64,000 bases of DNA from Antedon mediterranea. Lineage: Eukaryota; Animalia; Echinodermata. The notes beneath the pieces are model-generated. The model had not been told where the DNA came from. It did no database searches and saw only the letters and a program-made list of their open reading frames with translations. How positions within the stretch are numbered: the first letter of the stretch is position 1; the number at the start of each line of letters is the position of its first letter. Of the stretch, positions 27,101-37,983 are shown in pieces. The translations under genes and the position numbers were made by a program. The stretch spans positions 248,001 to 312,000 of the forward strand of contig NC_092674.1 of NCBI RefSeq assembly GCF_964355755.1, read 5' to 3'.

Positions 27101-27118
27101 ACTCAATCAAGTCACTGA
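12101..27118 (+). CDS. RAD54B: DNA repair and recombination protein RAD54B (SNF2-family ATPase), 22 coding exons
   Basis: N-terminus MRRSAAPSQ; [15 protein letters not shown]; [69 protein letters not shown]. Exons 12101-12594, 12699-12742, 12928-12982, 13132-13219, 13381-13536, 13784-14010, 14096-14143, 14265-14346, 14553-14633, 14726-14875, 15158-15214, 18932-18986, 21630-21736, 21964-22036, 22229-22443, 22550-22714, 23120-23246, 23355-23461, 26261-26326, 26461-26574, 26739-26945, 27035-27118 (GT-AG). Confidence 0.95.
13614..13724. mobile_element. PIF/Harbinger-like MITE in RAD54B intron
   Basis: TIR AGCTCTGTCTACACTA / TAGTGTGGACAGAGCT with exact TTA TSD (13611-13613 / 13725-13727). Confidence 0.8.
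15234..18890. repeat. 49-bp minisatellite, ~75 copies, in RAD54B intron
   Basis: Unit TGTATATGCACAGATCTGACCTGTATGCACACATTGTATATCCACACAT with occasional gain/loss of a 15-bp subunit. Confidence 0.97.
18956..21558. repeat. 49-bp minisatellite, ~53 copies, made of an exon 3' end plus splice donor
   Basis: Unit CTTATTGAATTCTGCAA(C/T)CCTGGAATATT(G/A)G|GTAATTTAACCATTATAT; the first 31 nt of copy 1 are RAD54B coding sequence ([11 protein letters not shown]). Confidence 0.97.
21798..21882. repeat. 13-bp tandem repeat (ACTTATTTTGTTT)n, ~6 copies
   Basis: Directly visible in RAD54B intron. Confidence 0.9.
23542..26180. mobile_element. IS3EU-like non-autonomous foldback element in RAD54B intron
   Basis: ~1.1-kb near-identical inverted arms (23542-24656 / 25068-26180), TAT...ATA termini, 6-bp TSD CTGGTC (23536-23541 / 26181-26186); minus-strand spacer encodes [12 protein letters not shown], like a transposase N-terminal remnant. 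Confidence 0.75.
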
Positions 27119-27359
27119 TGAGTTTGTACCTGAAACTATTGCATGCTGGAAAATATACCTACACTTTTTAATACTGTACATTAATATTATTAATAAATAT
27201 GCTACTTGCAAATATTCATTATAAACTTGTTTGTTTGCTTTATTGATATTATATCGTTATTATAATGTAGTAATTCTTATTACATACTGAAGTAACCCGG
27301 CTAGAAAATTAACAATTTTACAGTGACAATAATATATATGTATTTTACCAGTAAAATTG

Positions 27360-27361
<2 letters not shown>

Positions 27362-27403
<42 letters not shown>

Positions 27404-30400
27404 CACACTTCAAAAATAATACAATGTGAAACATTAAGGTAATCAAACTAATTTAAACAAAATATATAGAGAAACTTGTACAACAAAGAAGTGTGAAAGG
27501 ATGTCAAATAAGTATGGTACTTTAAGCTTGACCCCCTAACAAGACTGCAGTTACGGTACATGACAAAAACAGCACATGAAATATTGATATTTGCTGTACA
27601 AAATGCCTAGTAATAATTAGAGAATAACAAATATCAGTAATAGTTGTGATTAAAATATAATATATAAAAAATAGAATAACAATAAATTAACATAATTAAA
27701 AATAATCATAACACCTTATTCATCATATGCTTGGATTAGAGATTGCTTATATGTAATTTTAAAACTAAAAAGTGAAGGTTTCTTTATCAGTGAATGTGAA
27801 AGACTTTCCCAAAGTTTAGGTCCGGTATAAAGTATTGAATGACGTCTAATGTGCGAGTCGCAGTTTTTAACAGTGTATACATTAGTATTGGAAAAACGGG
27901 TAAAATGTGTATGGTTATCAGAAGGTTTAGTAAAGAGTGAACATATGTGGGTCGGAAGTAGATTATTTGTAAGTCGGTACATGAATAATGCAGTTTGAAG
28001 TTTATTAACATCAAAGACGTTGAGAGATTTGAAGTTAAAAAATAGGTGTTTTGAATGAGATCTGAATGATGCCCCTGAACAGATTCGGATTGCACGTTTT
28101 TGCAATTTAAAAATTCGGTCAATATTGGTAGTTTCGAAACTAGTCCAGGGGCATAAAGTGCTGAACTTGCCAAGTGTAACGGCCCAGGCAATGTTGCAGT
28201 ATGATATGTACGGAAGAATTAAAGTATTATATAACTTAAATAAAATGTTTGATGGAAGTGTGTACTTTAATTTGTTCATCATACCAGTGTTTCTCGCAAT
28301 TGTGTTGCAGATTGTATTGATATGATGTTTCCAAGATAATTTTGAGTCAATGGAGACGCCAAGAAATTTGGTTTCCTCAACACGTGTGATTACCTTGTCA
28401 TTAATTAAAACTTTTAAGTTTTGAGAGATGGATTTTTTGTTTTTATGTTTAAATATAATATAATTTGATTTGGATTCATTTAGCGATAATTTATTGATTT
28501 GGAACCAATCAGAAACTTTGCGTAATTCACTATTAATTGTATTAACTAAAATTTGATCATTTTTATGAGAATAAATAATATTAGTGTCATCCGCATAAAG
28601 TATAAATTTGAGTAATTTGGAACAGTTGGGGAGATCGTTTATATATGTTAGAAATAATAAGGGACACCGAGTATGGAGCCTTGCGGATAAGGTAGCTTTT
28701 TAAGAGTTTAAGAGGAAGGCCTCTGACACCATAGTGCTAAAGTTTGTGAAGAAGTATCTTATGATTGATAGTGTCAAAGGCCTTACTCAAGTCAAGAAAA
28801 ATACCAACGGTGTGTTCATTGTTTGAAAGTGCTGCAGAAGTCAGTTTATCATAGAGATCAGTTATTGCAGGGTCAGTGGAAAAAGCTTTTCTAAAACCGT
28901 ACTGATGCTTAAAGAGGATATCGTATTTAGAAAAAAAAAAGTAGGCCTATAAAGTCTGTTGTAGATTAGGCGTTCTAAAACCTTGGACAGGCAAGGCAGC
29001 AGGGAAATCGGTCTGTAATTTTCAAAGTAATGGGGATCGCCTTTTTTGAAAATAGGAATTACTTTGGCAATTTTTAAAAGGTCTGGAAAAATTCCAGTTT
29101 GAAATGATAGGTTAAAAATATGGACTAAGGCTTGGATATAAAGTTTATGATGTTTTTAATAACTTGATTGGAAAATCCATCAGATCCTGGACTCTTATTG
29201 TCCCTAAGTTTTAAGATTATATCAACAATTTCAGTTTCCGTTATTGGAGTTAAATATAGAGAGTTTGAAATAAAGGAATGATTAAGAAATGATTTAAAAT
29301 TTGAGTTGCCATTATATGAAATACTTTGCGCAAGGTTGTTCCCAATATTAATAAAATAATCATTAAATTGTTCAGCAATAAGTCCGGGATTAGTAATTTT
29401 ACAATTGTTTTTAAAAAAGTGAGAGGGTTGGTTTTGTTTTTTATTTTTACCTAAGATTCCATTGATTGTTCGCCAGGTCTTATGAATATTGTTGGTATAC
29501 TGGTTGAATTTTGAGGCATAATAGGCCCCTACTCTTTATTTGCTATGCGAAGTAAATTAGTTAGTTTGTTTCTATATTTTATGTATTTGTCCTTATCGGT
29601 CTGTTTCTTAGATTTGAGGTAGGCAGTATAGAGCTTATTTCTGGTACCAATTGATTTAATCAGACCGACAGTGATCCATGGTTTACGCTCTTTGCGAAAA
29701 TTACGTTTAATACGTGTAGTTTTAATACTGGAATTGTACAGACTGGTTAACTTGTTATTAAACAATTGATAGGCACGATTGGGATTGTCATTATTCGCAT
29801 ATATATCGGACCAGTCTGTATTTAGGAGGTCAGCAGATAAGGATGATATAGATTCATCGTCAATTTTTTGTAGGAGGATGAACTTATTGCTATTGGAGTT
29901 AGGTGGCTGGGAATATTGATTTTGATGGGTTAAAGAAAAAACAGGAAAATGGTCAGAAATATCTGAGTAAGTGATGCCGGTAGAAATTTTGTCATATGTA
30001 TTATTAGAGAAAATATTATCAATCAAGGTTGTCGTTTTTGTAGTTATTCGTGTAGGTTTAGTAATTAAAGGGAAGAAGTTGTTATTAAGCATTGCGTTAA
30101 GGAATTGGGACGTGCTATTATGAGTATTGCATTTTAACAGGTCTATATTGAAATCCCCGCAGATGTACGCTGTTTTATTTTCATTATTAACGATGTCGAG
30201 AATAAGGGAGATATTGATGTTAAATGAGGTCACCGATAACTCAGGCATACGATAAACAAGACCAAGAATGATGTTTTTCGGTTTGGCATTGATTTCAATA
30301 AAAATGGATTCGGATTCTTGAGAAATAAGAGATGAAAGATCGGATCGGTCGTTGTGTTGTGATCTCTGATCCAGGTATATGGCTACACCCCCTCCTGTTC

Positions 30401-31250
30401 TGGTTTTTCTAGATAACTCAATCAGTTTGTAGCCCTCAATGTTATAAAAAGAAAAATTTGTTTTATTGGAGTTGAAAAAGGTTTCAGAAAAACATAGGCC
30501 TAAGGCAGAGAAATCATGACTAATGGATTTTAAATAATCAGTTACTTCACTAAAGTGTTTAACGAGACTACGTGCATTTAGATGAAATAAACTGAAAGAA
30601 GAAACAATATTATTATATTTAGAGTTAAAATTATCAATGTGGTCATAATTACATGGTTCATGTAAAGTAGCATATTCGTCATTATCAATACGACCATTCA
30701 TACTGATATCAAATGGATTTAAAATAAGAGAGTTGATCCGATCGTATTCAATATCGTGGTCAAGTGAGAAATGCTTTAAAACATGTAAGAATTCATCATT
30801 GTCAACTATTGAATTAAAAGGAAATAAGTTTCCAGTGCAAGAGAGGCAGATCCATGAATTTACTTCAGACCTATGTATACATATTTTATGAGCCATAGAA
30901 TTACAAGCAGTGCATTTTAATAGGTCTGAGCCATGGACATTATTACATAAAATACAATTCATTGTAAGAAAATAAAATATTCAAATAAATACAAATGTTG
31001 TAAAGACATTCAGTTTGTAGTTTTGGGACAATATAGATACAATATGTATAGGCTAGTAAGATTAGGCAATGAAAAAATAAATAGTAAAATAAAACAATAC
31101 AAAACAACAAAAGTAGAGCTATAAAAACATTGGTTCTGAGACAGCGTGTTGAAAGTATGATGAATGCTGTATTGAGATGTAGCCTACCGTATGCAAATTT
31201 GACATGTGGTAAGAGTGCTTTACAGAAGTAAATCAAACAGGAGCTCCCGG
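27362..31250 (-). mobile_element. CR1/L2-group LINE retrotransposon, near full length, frameshifted
   Basis: Poly(A) tail (T-run 27362-27403); ORF 30962-29529 with Cys/His PHD-like N-terminus and APE endonuclease motifs (HLNARSL, SETF, GGGV, GDFN, IDNIF, SDHFP); RT remnants YRPISLLP and LYADDTN (~28600); C-terminal ORF 28282-27716 (GPKLW). Confidence 0.92.
29529..30962 (-). CDS. LINE ORF2 N-terminal part: PHD-like finger + apurinic-type endonuclease (truncated by stop/frameshift)
   Basis: 477-aa ORF with CxxC..CxxC..H..C..WxCxxC and EEP endonuclease motifs. Confidence 0.85.
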   Translation of the reverse strand: MNCILCNNVHGSDLLKCTACNSMAHKICIHRSEVNSWICLSCTGNLFPFNSIVDNDEFLHVLKHFSLDHDIEYDRINSLILNPFDISMNGRIDNDEYATLHEPCNYDHIDNFNSKYNNIVSSFSLFHLNARSLVKHFSEVTDYLKSISHDFSALGLCFSETFFNSNKTNFSFYNIEGYKLIELSRKTRTGGGVAIYLDQRSQHNDRSDLSSLISQESESIFIEINAKPKNIILGLVYRMPELSVTSFNINISLILDIVNNENKTAYICGDFNIDLLKCNTHNSTSQFLNAMLNNNFFPLITKPTRITTKTTTLIDNIFSNNTYDKISTGITYSDISDHFPVFSLTHQNQYSQPPNSNSNKFILLQKIDDESISSLSADLLNTDWSDIYANNDNPNRAYQLFNNKLTSLYNSSIKTTRIKRNFRKERKPWITVGLIKSIGTRNKLYTAYLKSKKQTDKDKYIKYRNKLTNLLRIANKE

Positions 31251-31693
31251 TATAATAATACGATGTAAAATTATTGTAATAGTGAACAGCTAACGGAAAA
31301 CGATATCATTGCATATTTTAAAATAATATAATATAATGAAATACCTTTTTTACTACTGTCTGTTCAGTGGAGTTTGCTCTAATAAAAGTATGATTTTTGG
31401 TAAAAATGCAAATGAAAATATCATATTTTGTATAATTGACAATTTATACTGGTTGTTGTTGAGGAATAGTAGTGGCGGCCGCCAGATAATTAAGCGGCGA
31501 CTACCAATCTAATTATTTAAGTGACGGCCGCTAGATAACGACTCTTTTTGATTACCTATTCCGTAATTTATTACCGTTCTGGAGTGCCATACTACACGGG
31601 AGATTCTATTCCATAAAAGGTAAAATCACTTAATGTTTTTTTTGTCGGATGCGGATCGCGTGTGAATAAGGAAGTCAAGAGATCGATCGTGAA

Positions 31694-34600
31694 ATGTTGG
31701 TGCTAAGATTATTATTTTCAGCCCTTTTATATTCTAGATGGAATATTGTTTATGGTAAAAGTGATGATAAACTACTGCTGGTGAATGTGGTAAGTTGTCT
31801 CGGCAGCTACTAGGTTTGCTAATTGAGTATTTTAGCCTCAGTCTGATCAGCCTATTCTTCTCTCATGAATAGCTAGCTAGGCTTGGCATAGGCCTAGTCT
31901 GATTGTTTAGCGGATGCCGATTGCTTACTGTTGACATGTTGTAGAGAGTAAAGGTAGGCCTAGAGAGGTGGTCTTAATTTACTGTAGCTAGTGTAGGAGG
32001 CCCCAGGCCATCTGATTCATTCCATCTAACAGCATATATATTTCAATATTGAATTTTTTTTTATTTACTAAAATTTAAAAAATCCATTTTTTATTAAATT
32101 TTTCAGTTATATCGACATGGAGACAGATCACCTACATGTGCATATCCAAACGATAAATACAAGGAGGATTATTGGCCGCAGGGTTTTGGTCAACTTACAC
32201 AGGTAAACGATACTTTCAGAATTTAGACTCAATTCCTCCAGTTTTTTCGCTGATCAGAATAGCAACAGCAAGCACTGAAAAGCTTTCTTCACAATTAAAA
32301 TGATTACAAGCTCATCTTCTCTTCTTATAGATTGGTATGAATCGGCAGTATGATCTAGGCAAGTTCCTTCGCACCAGATATGATGATTTTCTGAATGAAA
32401 CCTACAAGCGATCACAGTTTGTAGTGCGTAGCACTGATGTTGACCGCACACTTATGTCTGCCCAATGTAATCTTGCTGGACTTTATCCTCCAGTTGGACA
32501 TCAAAAATGGAATCCGGAACTACCATGGCAACCAATACCTGTTCATGATGTGCCGATATCAGAGGATTATGTAATTAATTTTGTTTTTTAATTTGTGCTA
32601 CTCAATACATTCATTCATCGTTTTTTTTAATGTAATGATCTATCAAGACATTCAATTCAATTTAATGTGTAGGTACTAAGAACAGATGGGGTAAACTGTC
32701 CATTATATAATAAACTCTATGAAGATGTACTCAACAGCCCAGAGGTTAAGAAACTGAATGAAGATAATAAGGTATAAAACCTAATATTTTAATATTAAAC
32801 TGCTCATTATCTATGTTTCAATTTTAATATGTACTACATACTGTAAATATGAACTACTTTCCTACGCCAACTGTACTAACACTCTAGTATACACTTGTAT
32901 TCAGAAATTTCTGGAGAATGTATCAAAAAATGCTGGATATAATAAAACTCTTAAAATATCGGAAATATGGCATCTATATGACCCAGTGTTTGTGGAGGTA
33001 AGAGATACACATCAAATCATTCTCTATTCTGAGTTTATTGTAAAATATGGCATCTATATGACCCAGTGTTTGTGGAGGTGAGAGATACACATCAAATCCT
33101 TCTGTATTCTGAGTTTATTGTATATTATTTTATTTATACTGTTTTCTCTTTGTAATTACAGTATATGCATTATTAATAAATCTGATTGTTGCTTGTTAAT
33201 TATAAATACTGCATAATAATTCTTGTATAACTATAAATAACAGAACTGTGGTTTCAGTTTCATTTGTTTATTTGTCTGTCTTGTTTTCTTTTTTCCTATC
33301 TCTCGATTATTTTATTTAATGTTACTGAACTTTTTAAATGAACTTCACAAGATATTTTTTACTGTAGAGAATGAATAATTTAACTGAGCCTGGTTGGCTT
33401 ACAGATGGAGTGTTTACCAACATTACTCATTTGGCAGATATTGGTATGGCAAATCTATTCAAAGGCAAAGATATTGGGAAGTTAAAAGGAGGTACTATTA
33501 GATACATATGTTTTTAAAAATCCAGTTTAAATTTCACATTGCAAATCAACAAACCACCACTCCTTCTTTTTAGACAACTTCTAATCATTATTCATTTGTA
33601 CTTTTTCAGGTAATTTAGTACAACTGATGACTGAAAATATGAATAATAAGACTAAAGATGAAGATAGTAGGGTTAGGGTTAGGCCTCCCCCTATACTTAG
33701 AATGGAATAATCCACCTAACCCTAATCATTATTCATTTGTACTTTTTTCAGGTAATTTAGTACAACTGATGACTGAAAATATGAATAATAAGACTAAAGA
33801 TGAAGATAGTAAAATGAAGTTTTATATGTATTCAGCAGTAAGAACAAATATTATTTATCAAAATTGCCATAGACCATAATGGTTAGTAAATCCAATTTAC
33901 AGTATGTGACCTCCCATACATATCAAAATACTTTACTCTCTGTGGCCTCTTCCAGCTCCTCATAACCTGAAATTAGTAATACTTAGTATTGTATTTTATA
34001 AGTTACATAGTTTAATAAGACATATTTTCTTTATAGTTTTGTTTGGGGATTTCATAATCATAAATATTTTATTAATGTGATGTCAAAGTGTCTTTCCTGT
34101 TGGCTACAGTATTATTGTGTATTTTTCTTGATTTTCTAATATATTTTTTTTTAGCATGACACAACATTAGCTGCATTCTTATCTGCACTACAAATATATA
34201 ATGGATTCCAACCGCCATATGCTACCTGTGTTGGTGTTGAACTTTGGAAAAACAGCAAAATGTATGTATGTTTGCATTACAAATCTATAGATAAACCTAA
34301 ATCAACTGTTTAATGACAAGAGATCAACATTTTCATTTTATGTAGAAACCACTGTGTCAATAGTATCACAAAAAAGGCTTAAAAGTTTACTGATTAAAAT
34401 GAAGCTGAAAATAAGCACCTCAATCATCTTTTGTTTGTAGATTTAAAGACCTATTTCCAGATTGTGATGTTACAATGTTGTTTTATCTACTAAAAATACT
34501 TTTTTTCCCGCAGGGAGCCTTATGTAAAGATATGGTACAGGAATGATTCTACAACAGAACCATATGACCTATCTATCCCAGGATGCAACATAACTTGTAG

Positions 34601-35059
34601 TTTTAATGACTTTAAGGCTTTAACCAAAGACATATTACCTGGTGATATTAAAAAGGCTTGCCAGTTGTCATCAACCGATCAAATGGGTCAGTTCGAATTT
34701 TTAATAGAAATTTAGATAACAAAAAAAGTGATTTGTATAGCGACACATTAAAATAATAAGTTGCTTACTGAAGCGTAGAAAGAGGAAAATAAAATAAACC
34801 AGGAAATACCCTGTTATATAGATACTGACATGTTAGCATTTTTGTCAATGATGCATCTTGATATTTTTATATAATAATCAAGTTAAATGTATTTTTTATA
34901 TTATTTTGTTTTTGTTTTATAGGTTACTTAATCCCAGTAGCAGTTGGTGTGTCAGTGCTTGTTTTAGTAATTATTGCACTGTTGGCGTTTAAAGCAATAA
35001 GAAGTACAAATACAAAATATCGACGACAGATTAATGAAGATAATGAGCCATGTATATGA
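31694..35059 (+). CDS. Histidine acid phosphatase, lysosomal/prostatic type (ACP2/ACP3-like), type I membrane protein
   Basis: Signal-peptide-like start, RHGDRSP catalytic motif, [31 protein letters not shown]-terminal TM helix. Exons 31694-31789, 32107-32202, 32331-32570, 32673-32771, 32905-32997, 33368-33491, 33752-33837, 34155-34261, 34514-34686, 34923-35059. Confidence 0.93.
32963..33122. repeat. 80-bp direct duplication spanning an acid phosphatase exon end and donor
   Basis: AAATATGGCATC...GTGGAG|GT(A/G)AGAG...TTATTGTA present twice. Confidence 0.92.
33581..33811. repeat. ~89-bp direct duplication of acceptor + exon start, separated by a 52-nt insert
   Basis: Copies 33581-33669 and 33722-33811; insert GGGTTAGGGTTAGGCCTCCCCCTATACTTAGAATGGAATAATCCACCTAACC. 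Confidence 0.92.
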
Positions 35060-35240
35060 CAATATAGCCAAATTCCTGTAATTGATGATTTTGAAATGGA
35101 AAACATGCACTAAGTTTGGATATTAATTAACATGCCCTCATGTGTACAGTCACCTCTCCAACAATCTTTACAAATTAAAATTATTATTAATGATTATTCA
35201 GTGATTTCCAGAATGCTTATACTGTAGGTATAGGAACTAC

Positions 35241-36799
35241 TGTAAATACTAGTTGTGTAATTATACTTAACTAATTTGGGTGTAAATACTAGTTGTGTAA
35301 TTATACTTAACTAATTTGGGTGTAAATACTAGCTGTGTAATTATACTTAACTAATTTGGGTGTAAATACTAGTTGTGTAATTATACTTAACTAATTTGGG
35401 TGTAAATACTAGCTGTGTAATTATACTTAACTAATTTGGGTGTAAATACTAGTTGTGTAATTATACTTAACTAATTTGGGTGTAAATACTAGCTGTGTAA
35501 TTATACTTAACTAATTTGGGTGTAAATACTAGTTGTGTAATTATACTTAACTAATTTGGGTGTAAATACTAGCTGTGTAATTATACTTAACTAATTTGGG
35601 TGTAAATACTAGCTGTGTAATTATACTTAACTAATTTGAGTGTAAATACTAGTTGTGTAATTATACTTAACTAATTTGGGTGTAAATACTAGCTGTGTAA
35701 TTATACTTAACTAATTTGGGTGTAAATACTAGTTGTGTAATTATACTTAACTAATTTGGGTGTAAATACTAGCTGTGTAATTATACTTAACTAATTTGGG
35801 TGTAAATACTAGTTGTGTAATTATACTTAACTAATTTGGGTGTAAATACTAGCTGTGTAATTATACTTAACTAATTTGGGTGTAAATACTAGTTGTGTAA
35901 TTATACTTAACTAATTTGGGTGTAAATACTAGCTGTGTAATTATACTTAACTAATTTGGGTGTAAATACTAGTTGTGTAATTATACTTAACTAATTTGGG
36001 TGTAAATACTAGCTGTGTAATTATACTTAACTAATTTGGGTGTAAATACTAGCTGTGTAATTATACTTAACTAATTTGAGTGTAAATACTAGTTGTGTAA
36101 TTATACTTAACTAATTTGGGTGTAAATACTAGCTGTGTAATTATACTTAACTAATTTGGGTGTAAATACTAGTTGTGTAATTATACTTAACTAATTTGGG
36201 TGTAAATACTAGCTGTGTAATTATACTTAACTAATTTGGGTGTAAATACTAGTTGTGTAATTATACTTAACTAATTTGGGTGTAAATACTAGTTGTGTAA
36301 TTATACTTAACTAATTTGGGTGTAAATACTAGCTGTGTAATTATACTTAACTAATTTGGGTGTAAATACTAGTTGTGTAATTATACTTAACTAATTTGGG
36401 TGTAAATACTAGTTGTGTAATTATACTTAACTAATTTGGGTGTAAATACTAGCTGTGTAATTATACTTAACTAATTTGGGTGTAAATACTAGTTGTGTAA
36501 TTATACTTAACTAATTTGGGTGTAAATACTAGTTGTGTAATTATACTTAACTAATTTGGGTGTAAATACTAGCTGTGTAATTATACTTAACTAATTTGAG
36601 TGTAAATACTAGTTGTGTAATTATACTTAACTAATTTGGGTGTAAATACTAGCTGTGTAATTATACTTAACTAATTTGGGTGTAAATACTAGTTGTGTAA
36701 TTATACTTAACTAATTTGGGTGTAAATACTAGCTGTGTAATTATACTTAACTAATTTGGGTGTAAATACTAGCTGTGTAATTATCCTGAACTAATTTGG
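35241..36799. repeat. 40-bp minisatellite, ~39 copies, downstream of acid phosphatase stop
   Basis: Unit TGTAAATACTAG(T/C)TGTGTAATTATACTTAACTAATTTGGG. Confidence 0.97.
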
Positions 36800-37457
36800 T
36801 ACAGTAGTATACTTCATTTTTATACTGCTATTTTAGTCAGACATTATTTATTGGGCCTACAGGGTATTATATTTGTATATGGTAGATCAGTTTGTTTATC
36901 ATTAAAGATAATTAATTTCAACATTTATGACTAACTGGTGGTATTGATAGTACTGTAACTGAACTGAACTTTTATTGTATCTCTTTTAAATCAGAGGCAC
37001 AGTCTCAAATGAGATGTTCAACAAGTTTACAGTGAGTAATACACACACACTTAAATATAAATACAAAACAAGAAATTAGACATAAGAACAAATTACAAAA
37101 AAAAACCAAAAACTGAATATTATTGTATCTCTTTTAATCAGATCAATTATAAAAAAAATATATTAAATATTTTGTGTCTACTTACCATCTTTAATTGAAT
37201 TAATTAATTATATGTACTGTTTCTGTAACATATTATATTTGTTTTAATATGCTGGCTATAATCGTGGTTGAAGACATAGACAATAAAATTATAGCGGGAA
37301 AACATTTTAGGATCAGCAATGAATTGTTAATTCTAGAAATTTATGGAAAGAAATGAAAAATGAGTTTGGAAATTGGCGTCCCCCTATACTTAGAATGGAA
37401 TAATCCACTATGGTAAGCAAACCAATTCATGACATCATTAATTATGAACGCGTGTAC

Positions 37458-37470
37458 GTTTCCTAGCAAC
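37458..37470. promoter_or_regulatory. RFX X-box candidate upstream of ERICH6
   Basis: GTTTCCTAGCAAC fits the X-box pattern; ~190 bp before a probable non-coding exon donor (GTG|GTAAGT ~37664). Confidence 0.55.
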
Positions 37471-37983
37471 GAAGTAAATGATTTCCTAAATCTTCTGACA
37501 AAACTTTGACGACATGTTTCGCTGCTGCTGGGCATGCAGGCTGTGTGTGGGCACAACATAAAAAACAGAAGCATATCTAGCTGCATAGGCTACGCCTACT
37601 AGCCATAAATACATATTATGAATAAAACCTATATAATGTAGAGAAAAAGTAAATTAATTTGTGGTAAGTACTTCCATTCTAGGGTCTAGCTAGCTAGGCT
37701 AGGCCAACAAAGTAGGGAGCAGAGAGAGAGAGAGAGGCTAGCCTACTAGGCCTAGCTAGCTAGCTGTTAGTTTAGTGTTATGACAAAGACTAGGCCTACT
37801 AGGCCTAGCCTTAAAGGAGCAAATAAATAACGTGTAGCCTATCTTAGTCGTAGGCCTATACGTACTGTACAGTAGGCAAACTAGGCCTAGGCCTCTAGCT
37901 AGTGGTACTTATTTATAGGCCTAGCCTAGTAGTTTGTATGATAAATTAACAATTTTTATTTTTTCCATTTATTTATAGGCCAG

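Noticed and set aside
35057-35059. Selenocysteine recoding of the phosphatase TGA
   Set aside because: No SECIS-like stem-loop recognised downstream and the position is in a cytosolic tail rather than a catalytic site; a SECIS search was not run.
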